Assembly: GCA_964016885.1 (NCBI GenBank)
Contig: OZ024743.1
Location: 114,018,001 to 114,082,000, forward strand
Direction: 5' to 3'
Source: Eledone cirrhosa
Lineage: Eukaryota
DNA: 64,000 bases
A model generated the notes under the pieces. The model was given only the letters and a program-made list of their open reading frames with translations, was not told the origin of the DNA and did not search any database. Positions 25,605-37,427 of this stretch are shown piece after piece. Numbering within the stretch: the stretch's first letter is position 1; each line of letters begins with the position of its first letter. The position numbers and the translations under genes are program-made.

Positions 25605-26037
25605 AAACAAACACAGATATATAGATATATGTGTTCAAATAGTAAGGGACCTGATTCGCTAAGGTGAAAAGAATACTAACTATAGACAATTGGGTTCGCT
25701 TGTCTCAATTTAAGAAAAAATTAAGAAAATAATTACAAACCGGAATTGTGGTAACTACCAATCACCCAGACAACTTGTTATTTCGCAAAGTTAATTGTGA
25801 ATAGAAATACTAATCCAAGCTCATCGGCGGGTGATGAATTAGTATCCTAGACACATCTATGTATGCTATATATAAGATATAAAACAGCGCACATGGCATC
25901 CTAGCGAGTCTCAAAAACCCACACCACTAAAAATAGCAGCCAGGTTTACTCGACATTTGAAATAGCTCAACAAATTAACGGAGTGAATCAGGTCCCTTAC
26001 GATTTGAACACATATCTATATATCTGTGTTCATTTTA
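25605..26037. repeat. Inverted repeat (~50 bp arms, ~320 bp spacer)
   Basis: AACACAGATATATAGATATATGTGTTCAAATAGTAAGGGACCTGATTC / GAATCAGGTCCCTTACGATTTGAACACATATCTATATATCTGTGTT. Confidence 0.85.
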
Positions 26038-26149
26038 CTTTTATATTCTATTATAATATACGGCTCAGAAATATCTCTTTCTTAGAGCTATTTTGAGTTC
26101 CTAACTCAATATATACATTTTATACATATATACATATATATATATATAT

Positions 26150-26795
26150 AGTGAAAAATGGAACGGGAACAAAACAGAGAGGCAGTACGAACAAAGGTTT
26201 ATTAGTTTCACACTCTTGAGAGTGGGGGGGGGGGTAGTGAGGAACGACGTTTCGGGCATAAGCCCTTCTTCAGGCGAAAAGTGTGTGGGAAGAGAGTTCC
26301 AAGGGCGTGTAGGGGAGTGGGGAGAGACATTTAGAAAAGAGGGCGTGAGAGGAAACGGTGGAAGTGGTACAAATGAAAATAAATATGAAAAAAAATATGA
26401 AAAAAATAATAAAAATATGAAAAAATAATAAAAATAAAAATAAACATGAAGATAAACAAGTGGTGGAAGGGTGTGGGGCGTGTAGGGGTGGTGGTGGGTG
26501 GAGTGGGGAGCAGAAGGCAGGGTGTCCGAGCGGGGAGGGCTGAAGGTGGTTTGTGTGTGTATGTGAGAGTTGGGGGAAGAACGGGGTTCCATGTTCAGGA
26601 AAAGGTGTGAGGTGGGATGTAGGTTGGTGTGTGTGTGCGTGTGTGGATGGGGAGGGGCCAGACGGTGAAGGAAGGGGAGGTAGGGAGGTGTTGATATTGT
26701 TAGTTGCGCGGTGGGCGGTGAAAAGGAGGAGTGTGTTAGTGGTGTTAGTGGGGCATATGTGTGTGTGTGGGGGGGGGACAGGTGTTGCAACGAGG

Positions 26796-26800
<5 letters not shown>
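26150..26800 (-). mobile_element. Penelope-like element 3'/pLTR fragment between (TA)n tracts
   Basis: C-rich minus strand leading into CTGAAGAAGGGCTTATGCCCGAAACGTC hammerhead motif; flanked by (TA)n on both sides. Confidence 0.6.
26246..26273 (-). ncRNA. Minimal hammerhead ribozyme core, family H2
   Basis: CUGAAGA A GGGC uuau GCCC GAAA C GUC: canonical core, 4-bp stem II, minimal self-complementary stem III. Confidence 0.7.
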
Positions 26801-26833
<33 letters not shown>

Positions 26834-27231
26834 TACACGTGTGTATGTATCTGTATGTATATATAAACACGCACATCATACACAGACACACACACAATAC
26901 ACACAACACACACACAATGTATGATTTTTCTCTATGTAGTTGTGCAAATTTGGCCATTTGTACAAATTATGAAGTCTGTGTGAGATAATCAACTACCAAA
27001 TAGAACTTCTGTCCTTTACAATATGAATAGTTAACCTGAAAAATCTCTCATGGAAGATGAGGAGGGTTAGGGTTACTCAGTACAATTGACACTTTCTTAA
27101 CATTTCCCTTCTACTTCACTTGCTATTTACATTTCACAGTTTAGCTGTGTGATTTAGTGTGGCAGAACATTGAGCCCTACCAATAGTATTTATACTTCTA
27201 TGAGTTCAATCTTACCACTGCTAAGTGAGAG

Positions 27232-27470
27232 TAATGATTTCAAAATGAGACTATGACTTGAAAGTGAGGTGTGGTTTCAAAGTGAGACTGACTTGAAAGT
27301 GAGGAGTGATTTCTAAGTGAGACTTTATGATTTGAAAGTGAGAAGTGATTTCAAAGTGAGAAGTGATTTCAAAGTGAGACTGACTTGAAAGTGAAGTGAT
27401 TTCAAAGTGGTGAGACTTCCTGACTTGAAAGAGGAAATAGTGATTTCAAAATGAGACTTTATTACTTGAA
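27232..27470. repeat. Degenerate minisatellite (GTGATTTCAAAGTGAGACTGACTTGAAA-like)
   Basis: Repeated TTTCAAAGTGAG / CTTGAAAGTGAG modules. Confidence 0.8.
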
Positions 27471-27879
27471 AATGGTAATAGATATTTTATAATGGATTTG
27501 ACTATGGGATTCAAAGAAACTAATTGAGAACATGGAATATGTAATGATAAGGAAGTGCACAAAAAGATTTATTTAAGAGAAAATATTACATCAAAACAAA
27601 ACATCACCACCATCACCTCTACTACCACAACAATGACAACAGCAACAACATCAAATTGTTGTAGATAACACAAGCTCATAATTTTAAAAATTGACAATCA
27701 GCACATTTTCTACTCTAGTTATTCTAATACAAATGTATGAGAAAAGCATGTTTCTAATACACCCTTTACTAATCTATGTGAATCTCTTTCTCACTCTCAA
27801 TAACAATAAACCCATTGTGTATGTATGTGTGTGTGTGTTTATTTATATATATATATAACAAATTTAATATAAAAAATGG

Positions 27880-27926
27880 CTTCTACAGAACAAGAACTGT
27901 TTCATTTGAAGTATATCATCAGGAAA
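27880..27926 (-). ncRNA. Hammerhead-like motif, family H3
   Basis: TTTC CTGATGA TATACTTCAAAT GAAA CAG ttcttgtt CTG TA GAAG: stems I and III pair, GUA site; stem II decayed here but intact in the 32320 copy. Confidence 0.6.
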
Positions 27927-28256
27927 AAGAAGCTATTTTTATATCAAATATATTATTGTATACACTCTACTAATGCATTGAGTACCTTACTTACTGTGGC
28001 TACCTCTCGACTGAACCCGGGACTCATATATATATATATGTTTTTACTTTTAGCACAAGGCCAGCAATTACCCCAGTGTATTACTCGTGCTTTATTCCAT
28101 AAGGATGAAAGACAAAGTTAACCTGGTGGGATTTGAACCCCAGAACGTAAAGGGTCATAACTCCTATGCTGCAAAGCATGGTGTCTGACACTCTACCGAT
28201 ACTGCCAATGATAATAATAAAAAGGACGATTTGTTGTCTTAATTATATTTTTGAGT

Positions 28257-28331
28257 AATGACGCGCGTTTCGCTATTGATCAGTTCACGTATCAATCTAG
28301 CCTGACTCTGGAACCAAAAGCTTGTCAGACT
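28257..28331 (-). ncRNA. Hammerhead-like motif, family H4 (long stem II, G8 mutated)
   Basis: AGT CTGACAA GCTTTTGGTT...GATCAATAGC GAAA CGCGCG TC ATT; palindromic stem III ACGCGCGT typical of Penelope hammerheads. Confidence 0.6.
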
Positions 28332-28825
28332 TCTGTATAACGTTTGAGAGGACTTTGTGGTTGTGTCAAGGGCACACATTCTCTAGTGTTGCTGAAACAA
28401 TGAAATACTTCCAGTACACACTGTAAAGTGTGTTGGTGATAGGAGAGTATCCAACCAAAAAATTCTTGTCATACAAAAGATCAAGAAGTCTCATCAGCTA
28501 TGTCTAAAATACAACAACGTGCCTAGTACTAGTGTCATTATAAAATGGTACCCTTCACCCCACTTAAGCAAATATGAGATATAAAGCATTAACAAGGGGA
28601 TTCCTGATTGAAACAACCCAGCAAAACCTTCAATGAGATTCAAACCCATAACGATTTTCAAATGAACAGTTCTTTTATTGACTCTCGGAATTCCAAAGCC
28701 TCTACTCTGGGAGTATGCACTGTAGTGAATTGTTTATAATTGACAGGCAAAATTACTTTTGTGATGGGAGTTTGATACAAATTTGGAACAACATATTTGA
28801 TTTTGCAGTTTATTTACCTTAATAC

Positions 28826-29052
28826 TTAAACCTTTAGCCTTTAAACCAGCCGTATCCGGCCAGAATTCTCTCACCTCTTTCTGTTCAAATCAGCTGTAAC
28901 CAGCTGCTCATACTGATGTTAAGTTATTTCTCTCAAAATGAACAATATCCAAATCTTATAGATTTTATATTATGTGAGAATTATGTGAGATAAAGCCTTT
29001 ACCACAAAAATACAATAGTATATGTAGAGTAATGTAAATGCTAATGGGTTAA
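28826..29052 (-). mobile_element. TTAA MITE family 1
   Basis: TIRs and interior match 19848-20074. Confidence 0.85.
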
Positions 29053-29665
29053 GTATAATACTTATATTTGCTAAAACCAGAAAGTTATGTTGACACATGC
29101 ACAGAAAGTATTAGAAGTAGCATTAGTCTTAATTTTATTGTATGTTGTTACGGCATTACTGAGTACAGCTCTCTGTGCATTGGGTATGTGCAGTGCTGTT
29201 TTTGGTGTTATTTCTATTGTATTGAGAGTATTCTTCGTGCAGTCTAGTAGAACTATTTTCTCAAAGTTGTAGTGTGCTATCTTTTCTAAGACTTGTTTAT
29301 GTATATGTGCCTAGTAGTGCAAGTTATTCTAAGGCTTGTTTATGTATATATAATATGTGCAGAGCCTAGTAGAACTATTTTCTCAAAGGCTTGTTTATGT
29401 ATATGTGCCTAGTAGTGCTATTTTTTCTAAAGCTTGTTTATGTATATGTCTGTGTTTTTTATCATTCCCAGAGAACCTATTATTTATAGGGATTGTTTCT
29501 GTCTTCATGATTTCACATTCAGGTTATTTCTAACTTCACATTCTTATATTTAGATAATTTCTCCATTTACTTGATGGATATATTGTCATCTGTGTAATAT
29601 AAGGATAAATATTTTAAAATGAGCAGTTTTATATCATAATTCCAGGTGGCTTGGTATCAAAAGAG

Positions 29666-29891
29666 TTAACCCTTTAGCATTTAAACCAGCCGTATCCGGC
29701 CAGTATTCTCTCACCTCTCTCTGTTCAAACGGGTAACTGGCTGCTCATACTGATGTTAAGGTATTGTTCTCAAAATAAATAATACCAAAATCTCATAGAT
29801 TCGATATTATGTGAGATAATTATGTGAGGTAAATCCTTTATTGTGAAAATATAATAGTATATATAGTGTAATGTAAATGCTAAAAGGTTAA
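29666..29891 (-). mobile_element. TTAA MITE family 1, abutting a family 2 end
   Basis: GGTATCAAAAGAG-TTAA-CCCTTTAGCATT ... AATGCTAAAAGG-TTAA. Confidence 0.85.
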
Positions 29892-30376
29892 GGAAATCTA
29901 AAACTACATTATGTACTGTTTTTGTTTGTTTATTTTTTTAAGATGATGCAGAGAGTGTAGGATTTGGGCAAAGTTTGCTTTGCTATTTTCTAGCAGATTG
30001 AATGTCTACATAGAGACTTCTTCATTGACTTGACTGTCACAGCCATTAGGAAAGGGTGTCCATAGCTGTACTGCACCTTTCTTGTTTTTCATCATGTGCC
30101 CCTTTAAGTGAAACATATCAAATATAATAAGGTCTGTGAATTCAACAGAATGAACCGTTTATTTTTTCAAATGAAAAATAACAGCTGATTTATTAACAAG
30201 CTGATGAAGAGGAGAGAGAAGAGAGAGAAGAGCGGTGACAGTCCTCTGTTTTTCAAATAAGGTTAGAAGTAGTTAAAAGACATCTTTATATTTTTTGTTG
30301 TTGTTGCTATAGTTGTTGTATCATGTCACATGTAATTCTGACCTGATTGGTGCCAATTAGGTAAGTTAAAGTTTGC

Positions 30377-30782
30377 AGAGAGAGAGAGCGAGAGAGAAGA
30401 GATGTGAATGATGGGAAAGAGTGGTGGGATAGAAAGAGAAGAGAAGAGAAGAGAAGAGAGTGAGGGGGGAAAAGATAGAAGGGGAAAGAAAAGTGATGAG
30501 TGATGGGAAAGAACGAGAAAGAGTGGTGGAAAAGAAAAAGAGAGATGGGGGAAAGAGGGGAGAGAGAGGGGTGAGAAAGAAAAGAAAAAGAGAGGGGGAA
30601 AGAGAACAGGAGAAAGAAAAGAGAGAGAGAAACAAACAAAGATGATGCGAGAAAGAGAGTGAAAGGAACAGAGAAAAGTGATGGGAGAAAGTGAGAGTGT
30701 GAGAGAAAGAGAAAGAAAGAAAGTGAGAAAGAAAGGATTAAAGAGAAAAGTCACGGGAGAAATAGAAAAAAAAGTGGTGGGA
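30377..30782. repeat. Polypurine (GA-rich) low-complexity tract
   Basis: ~400 bp almost entirely A/G on +. Confidence 0.9.
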
Positions 30783-31180
30783 TACAATTTAAAACATTAC
30801 ACTCAGTTTTCTCTACAACATTTATATTCTTGATGCTGGGAAATGGCCGACATTTCTAAAAGTAATCGGTGCATGCATTCTACATCTATTTCACTTATAA
30901 CCTGCTGATTATTTTAAATGCATCTTTTAAAAGAATACAAAAAAAAACAGAAACAAACAAAATAAAGGATTCAAAATATGACCTATTTTCTACTTATTCT
31001 TTATATTTGGTAAGTAATAATCAATCAATCGAGAATTTTTATTAAATCTTTATATTTTGAAAAAATAAAATGTATAGATTTTTTGGAATTAATATTTTTT
31101 CCAATAAGTAATAGAATTTTAGATGTGCTGAGAGTTGAATATGAAAGGGATTTGCTATAGACTTTTATTTCTATACGTTT

Positions 31181-31443
31181 TTATATTGGCATGCATTTCT
31201 GAACAATAGTGCCATGAAAATACTTGCTTAAATAGGGTTCCATTGATCCAGCCGATCCCTGGTTTACTAGAAAAGGCTTAGCAAAAAATAGTTGGGCTAG
31301 ATCTACAGATGACTGAGCTGATAAGAAATTGTAATGGTTGAGTGGATAAAATGTTGCTCTCTCAGCCAATAAATCATTAACATTGCTGTGTCTCATCATT
31401 GGTGCCAGGCACTGAAAAACAGCCCTCTCTCCACACTGTTTAC
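31181..31443 (-). CDS. Candidate coding exon of an unidentified host gene (possibly terminal exon)
   Basis: Acceptor ttttctttcag| at 31444; 87 open codons of non-repetitive sequence (x)KQCGERAVFQCLAPMMRHSNVNDLLAERATFYPLNHY...HGTIVQKCMPI*; AATAAA shortly after the stop; no family recognised. Confidence 0.45.
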
Positions 31444-31854
31444 CTGAAAGAAAACCACAACCACTGTAATTCAGTTCTGAATTTACAAGGAATATGACAA
31501 GTGATTTAATGATTAGAAGCAGTCGGAGGCAGTATTCTATCTAATACAAGAATAGAATACTAACCAACTTGATTTGGGTTATAATGAGAACTAATGGTGT
31601 GTGGTGGCTGGCTTAGCAAATCAATTTCATAAAAAGTAGTACAAATTTTCTACTTGGGTTAAAAAGTTGTCCCAAAATGATAATTTTGTTAGCAAATTTA
31701 TATATACATTTTCACCTTTCTCTCTACCTTAACACCACTACCGCATCTGCTAAAACTAAATGTATGCACTCAGAACAGCTGATTGCAACTCCATTACTGT
31801 AATTCAGCAAATTCATTGAGTGAGCTAGACATTGGACGGAGACTGTTGAATTAA

Positions 31855-32075
31855 TGGTTTCTAATATAAACACATGGTCAGCAATTTTAGGGGAGGGGAA
31901 AGTCGATTAAAAAGACCCCAGTGCGTTTGACTGGTACTTTATTTTATCAACCCCGTAAGGATAAAAGGCGAAGTTAACCTTGGCGAGATTTGAACTCTGA
32001 TCATAAAGAGCCATAACTCTATGCTGCAAAACATGGTGTCTGACCCTCTACCGATACTGCCAATCCACTGCTCTT
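31855..32075 (-). mobile_element. SINE family A (near full length)
   Basis: Reverse complement of the family A consensus. Confidence 0.85.
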
Positions 32076-32092
32076 AGTTAATTATTTATTTA

Positions 32093-32155
32093 TATATATA
32101 TGTATATATGTATATATGTATATATGTATATATGTATATGTGTATATGTGTATAT

Positions 32156-32198
<43 letters not shown>

Positions 32199-32199
32199 C

Positions 32200-32234
<35 letters not shown>

Positions 32235-32320
32235 CGTGTGTGTGCGCGCGTGTGTGTGTGTGCGCGCGTGTGTGCGTGTGTGTGCGCGCGTGTGTGCATG
32301 TGCGTGTACGTGTGTGCGTG
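32093..32320. repeat. (TA)/(TG)/(CG) alternating purine-pyrimidine microsatellite
   Basis: TGTG and TGCGCGCG runs. Confidence 0.95.
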
Positions 32321-32362
32321 TGATTTCCTTCGAATGAAACAGTTCTAGTCCTGTAGAAGCCA
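32320..32362 (+). ncRNA. 5'-truncated hammerhead-like motif, family H3
   Basis: TGA T-TTC cttc GAA-T GAAA CAG ttctagtc CTG TA GAAG; homologous to 27880-27926. Confidence 0.5.
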
Positions 32363-32617
32363 TTTCTATATTAAACATTTATACTCTATGTATTGAGTAC
32401 CTCACTCACTGTGGTTACCCCCGATTGAAACTGGGATACACATATGTGTGTGTGTGTGCGTGTGCATGAGTGTGGCAAAATTTTTCTTATCTTGTTTACT
32501 TTTCCCAAATAAAATTTTATTATACTCTGATAAATTGATTTTTATTAATTCCTTCATTAAGGAAAACTGATATTGGTTAAACTTCCTCATATGTATGTTT
32601 ATACCTGTGGGTGTGTA

Positions 32618-32654
<37 letters not shown>

Positions 32655-32784
32655 TCAATTAATTTGTTATTTACTCCTTTACGGTAGAGTATATAATTTG
32701 GCTGAATCAGACTGCTTTTTCTGTTACTTGCCATTCTCCACCTACCACTGCCCTTTTGTTGACTGTAAATTCTTCCATTCCATA

Positions 32785-33637
32785 CTAGCAGTGGTACCCG
32801 GCGTTGCACGGGATAAGGTATTTTGGAAGGTGGGCCGCCAACAGACCTAATTGTGGAAAAACTGCAGGCCTGGACAATATGTAAAGAAAATAAACCGAAT
32901 ACTCTGATCGCTGGATAATCTTGAAGATTTTCCTGAAGCAGGAAAAATGCAGGTTTTCACCTAATGCGGGTCCTAGGGGATCAAGAAAATTTTTTTTTTA
33001 TGTGCATAATATGCCTTGAAATTTTGGGAAAATCGGCTAGACGTAATGCCTCCAAAAAGCCCTAAAAAGCTGAAAAAATGAATTTAAAACCTAATGCTGG
33101 CCCTAGGCCATAAAAAAGTTGGATTTTCTTTGCTCACGGTAAGAAGAAGAGACTGACTTATACATAGTTACAATTTCAAGGAAATCGGTCTGACGTAACG
33201 CCTCAAAAAACCCCTAAAAAGCTTAAAAAACGCAGTTTTTCACTAGGAGATCAAAAGGCTGAATTTTATGTGCATAACAAACACTCCCTGAAACATAAGT
33301 AATACACATGTAAAGTTTGAAAAAAATCGGTTGGGTACTTCTCGCATTTTAGGGATTCAAACTCACAGACACACACACACACACAGACAGACATCCTCAG
33401 GGAAGTGACGTAATGCAGACAGCCAGACATACAGACAGATATTATAAGGGCACGACGTTATATGTATGTATCTATCTAAAAAGAGAAAGTCTAAGAATTA
33501 TAGAGAGAGATCGCTAAATCGCCTAATGTGGTCCCTAGGGCATTGAAAATTTGAAATATTTTTTGCTCAGAACACTCCCTGAAACATAAGTATTACATGT
33601 GTAAAGTTTGAAAACAGTCGGTTGGGTGGTTCTCGAG
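32785..33637 (-). mobile_element. Helitron-like composite element
   Basis: Minus 3' end CCCGTGCAACGCCGGG-TACCACTG-CTAG|T at 32785; 33400-33637 is the reverse complement of ~4330-4560. Confidence 0.75.
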
Positions 33638-33889
33638 ACTAGCAGAAAACCACCCGGTGGGCGGTTTTCTGCTAGCAAATCTAGTGTATATACTGATATT
33701 GTTGAGATTTGGATGAGAAATGTTTTTGGCACCACATGTTCACCGTCTCTCGGTGTGTCTTTTATGCATGTATAAATATATATGTTATCTATACGGTGAA
33801 ATCTTTGAAATAAATATATATGATATAACGATGGAAATATATAAACGTTTACGATAAAACGATGGAAATAGAAACGTTTATATATAATG

Positions 33890-36150
33890 ATAAGCCGAAA
33901 CACTCGTAAGCCGAAACACTCGTAAGTCGAAACACGCGTAAGCCGAAACACTGAAACACTCGTAAGCCGAAACACTCGTAAGTCGAAACACTCGTAAGCC
34001 GAAACACTCGTAAGTCGAAACACTCGTAAGCCGAAACATTCGTAAGTCGAAACACTCGTAAGTCGGAACACTCGTAAGTCGGAACACTCGTAAGCCGAAA
34101 CACCCGTAAGTCGAAACACCCGTAAGTCGAAACACTCGTACGCCGAAACACTTGTAAGTCGAAACACTTGTACGCCGAAACACTCGTACGCCGAAACACT
34201 CGTAAGTAAAAACACTCGTAAGTCGAAACACTCCTAAGCCGAAACACTCGTAAGTCGAAACACTCCTAAGCCGAAACACTCGTAAGTCGAAACACTCCTA
34301 AGCCGAAACACTCGTAAGTCGAAACACTCGTAAGCCAAAACACTCGTAAGTCGGAACACTCGTAAGTCGGAACACTCGTAAGTCGAAACACCCGTAAGTC
34401 GAAACACTCGTAAGTCGAAACACTCGTAAGTCGAAACACTCCTAAGCCGAAACACACGTAAGTCAAAACACACGTAAGTCGAAACACTCGTAAGTCGGAA
34501 CACTCGTGTGTCGGAACACTCGTAAGTCGGAACACTCGTACGTCAGAACACTCGTAAGTCGAAACACTCGTAAGTCGAAACACTCGTAAGTCGAAACACT
34601 CGTAAGCCGAAACACCCGTAAGTCAAAACACTCGTAAGTCGAAACACTCGTACGCTGAAACACTCGTAAGTAAAAACATTAGTAAGTCGAAACACTCGTA
34701 AGTCGAAACACTCGTACGCCGAAACACTAGTAAAGCGAAACGTATAAATAAAGATTAATGTAATGAATTTGAAAAGCATATAGATTTGAAACCGCGTCTA
34801 TTTGTTATTTTCGTAAGTCGAAACAATCGTAAGCCGAAACACTCGTAAGCCGAAACACTCGTATGTCGAAACACTCGTATATCGAAACACTCATAAGTCG
34901 AAACACTCGTAAGTCAAAACACTCGTAAGTCGAAACACTCGTAAGTCGAAACACTCGTAAGTCGAAACACTCGTAAGTCGAAACACTCGTACGCCGAAAC
35001 ACTCGTAAGTAAAAACATTAGTAAGCCGAAACACTCGTAAGCCGAAACACTCGTAAGCCGGAACACTCGTAAGTCGGAACACTCGTAAGTCGGAACACTC
35101 GTAAGTCGGAACACTCGTAAGTCGGAACACTCGTAAGTCGGAACACTCGTAAGTCGGAACACTCGTAAGTCGGAACACTCGTAAGTCGGAACACCCGTAA
35201 GTCGGAACACTCGTAAGTCGGAACACCCGTAAGTCAGAACACCCGTAAGTCAGAACACCCGTAAGTCGAAACACCCGTAAGTCGAAACACCCGTACGCTG
35301 AAACACTCGTAAGTAAAAACATTAGTAAGTCGAAACACTCGTAAACCGAAATACTCGTAAGTCGAAACACTCGTAAGTCGAAACACTCGTAAGTCGAAAC
35401 ACTCGTAAGTCGAAACACTCGTAAAGCAAAACGTATAAATAAAGATTAATGTAATGAATTTGAAAAGCATATAGATTTGAAAACGCGTCTATTTGTTATT
35501 TTCGTAAGTCGAAACAATCGTAAGCCGAAACACTCGTAAGTCAGAACACTCGTAAGTCGAAACACTCGTAAGTCAAAATACTCGTAAGTCGAAATACTCG
35601 TATATCGAAACACTCATAAGTCGAAACACTCGTACGCCGAAACACTCGTAAGTAAAAACATTAGTAAGCCGAAACACTCGTAAGTCGGAACACTCGTAAG
35701 TCGAGACACTCGTAAGTCGAGACACTCGTAAGTCGAGACACTCGTAAGTCGAGACACTCGTAAGTCGAGACACTCGTAAGTCGAGACACTCGTAAGTCGA
35801 GACACTCGTAAGTCGAGACACTCGTAAGTCGAAACACTCGTAAGTCGAAACACTCGTAAGTTAAAACACTCGTAAGCCGAAACACCCGTAAGTCAAAACA
35901 TTCGTAAGTCAAAACATTCGTAAGTCAAAACACTCGTAAGTCGAAACACTCGTAAGCCGAAACACCGGTAAGTCGAAACACTCGTAAGTCGAAACACTCG
36001 TAAGTCGAAACACTCGTAAGTCGAAACACTCGTAAGTCGAAACACTCGTAAGTTAAAACACTTGTAAGCCGAAACACCCGTAAGTCAAAACATTCGTAAG
36101 TCAAAACACTCGTAAGTCGAAACACTCGTAAGTCGAAACACTCGTAAAGC
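33890..36150. repeat. CpG-rich 16-bp satellite (TAAGTCGAAACACTCG) with higher-order ~690-bp periodicity
   Basis: More than 120 monomers, interrupted by the same ~80-bp AT-rich segment at ~34730, ~35420 and ~36143. Confidence 0.95.
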
Positions 36151-36394
36151 GAAACGTATAAATAAAGATTAATGTAATGAATTTGAAAAGCATAGAGATT
36201 TGAAACCGCGTCTATTTGTTATTTTTTACAGACGGACAGGCAGACAAACAAACAGAGAAATGCCCATTATATATTATAAGTAGTACCAAAGTGAAGAAAG
36301 GAAGGGGAAGGTAATATTTCTGTAGCACCTACATTTGAGTTTTAGGGAAGGACAGACAGACAGACAGAAAAACAGAGAAATGCCCATATATTTT

Positions 36395-36445
<51 letters not shown>

Positions 36446-37427
36446 CACACACAGAAATGTATATATATTTGTGTGTGTATATATATATATTACACACACA
36501 GAAATGTATATATATTTCTTAGAACAAAATTATTATTAATGTTTTGCTGTTCATAACAATTGGAATTGAAAAATTACTTTTGAAATTATTAGTTATTTTA
36601 CTAATGCTTAGATATGTAAAAATGAAGCAATGTTTCTAATAATTGTTTCTACTTTTGGCACAAGGCCAGCAATTACCCAGTACATCACTGGTACTTTATT
36701 TTATCGACCCCGTGAGGATGAAAGCAAAGTTAACTTAACTCAGACCGTAAAGGGACGTAACTCCATGCTATGAAGCATTTTGTCCGACTCTACAGATTCT
36801 GCCAATCCACCACCCTAATGTCTGTACGTAATGAGGGAGTGAGAGGGGAGAGAAAGAAAGGCAGAGGTGAAGTGACGAAGTGACTCTCCTCCTCCTCCAT
36901 CTCCCCATTCGTCACAGCGATAGAGGGGAGGAATGTTAGTGTGTTACAGAGAGAAAGAGTGAGAGTGAGAGAAACAGACAGACTAAAAGAGAGGGATAGC
37001 TGGAGAGAGAGAGAGAGATAGCAACCATGCGCGCATGTGTTTCCACTGTCGGACAGACAGACAGACAAATTGCTGGTTATATATTATAAGGAGATTATCG
37101 TTGGTAGTGGATAACTCAGAAGTATTTTTCAAGATTGTAAATGTGGTTGGTGTTAGAAAGGGCATCCAGCCGTAGAAAACCTGCCAGACAGTCCTACACG
37201 AGCAAGACAACCAATCTTGCCTCAAGTGGGACAATTCCCATCTAAACCCATGCTAGCGTGGAAGATAGACGTTAAACAATGATGATGATGATGATGATTG
37301 TGAAGTTCCTTGAAGGACATCAAAGTAAATAGGTAAAAAATTGTTTTTATCTTGTTTACTTTTACCAAATATAATTTTATTATGTTCTGATGAATTGATT
37401 TTTATTAATTCCTTCACTGAGCAAAAC

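Noticed and set aside
29087-29272. Hydrophobic 61-aa ORF
   Set aside because: T/G-rich sequence running into a local tandem repeat; hydrophobicity is expected from composition.
30313-30360. 48-nt exon-like segment with AG and GTAAGT
   Set aside because: Stops in all three frames; at most a non-coding exon, with no other support.
33890-36150. CRISPR-like repeats containing GAAAC
   Set aside because: 16-bp contiguous monomers; the three interruptions are copies of one segment, not unique spacers.
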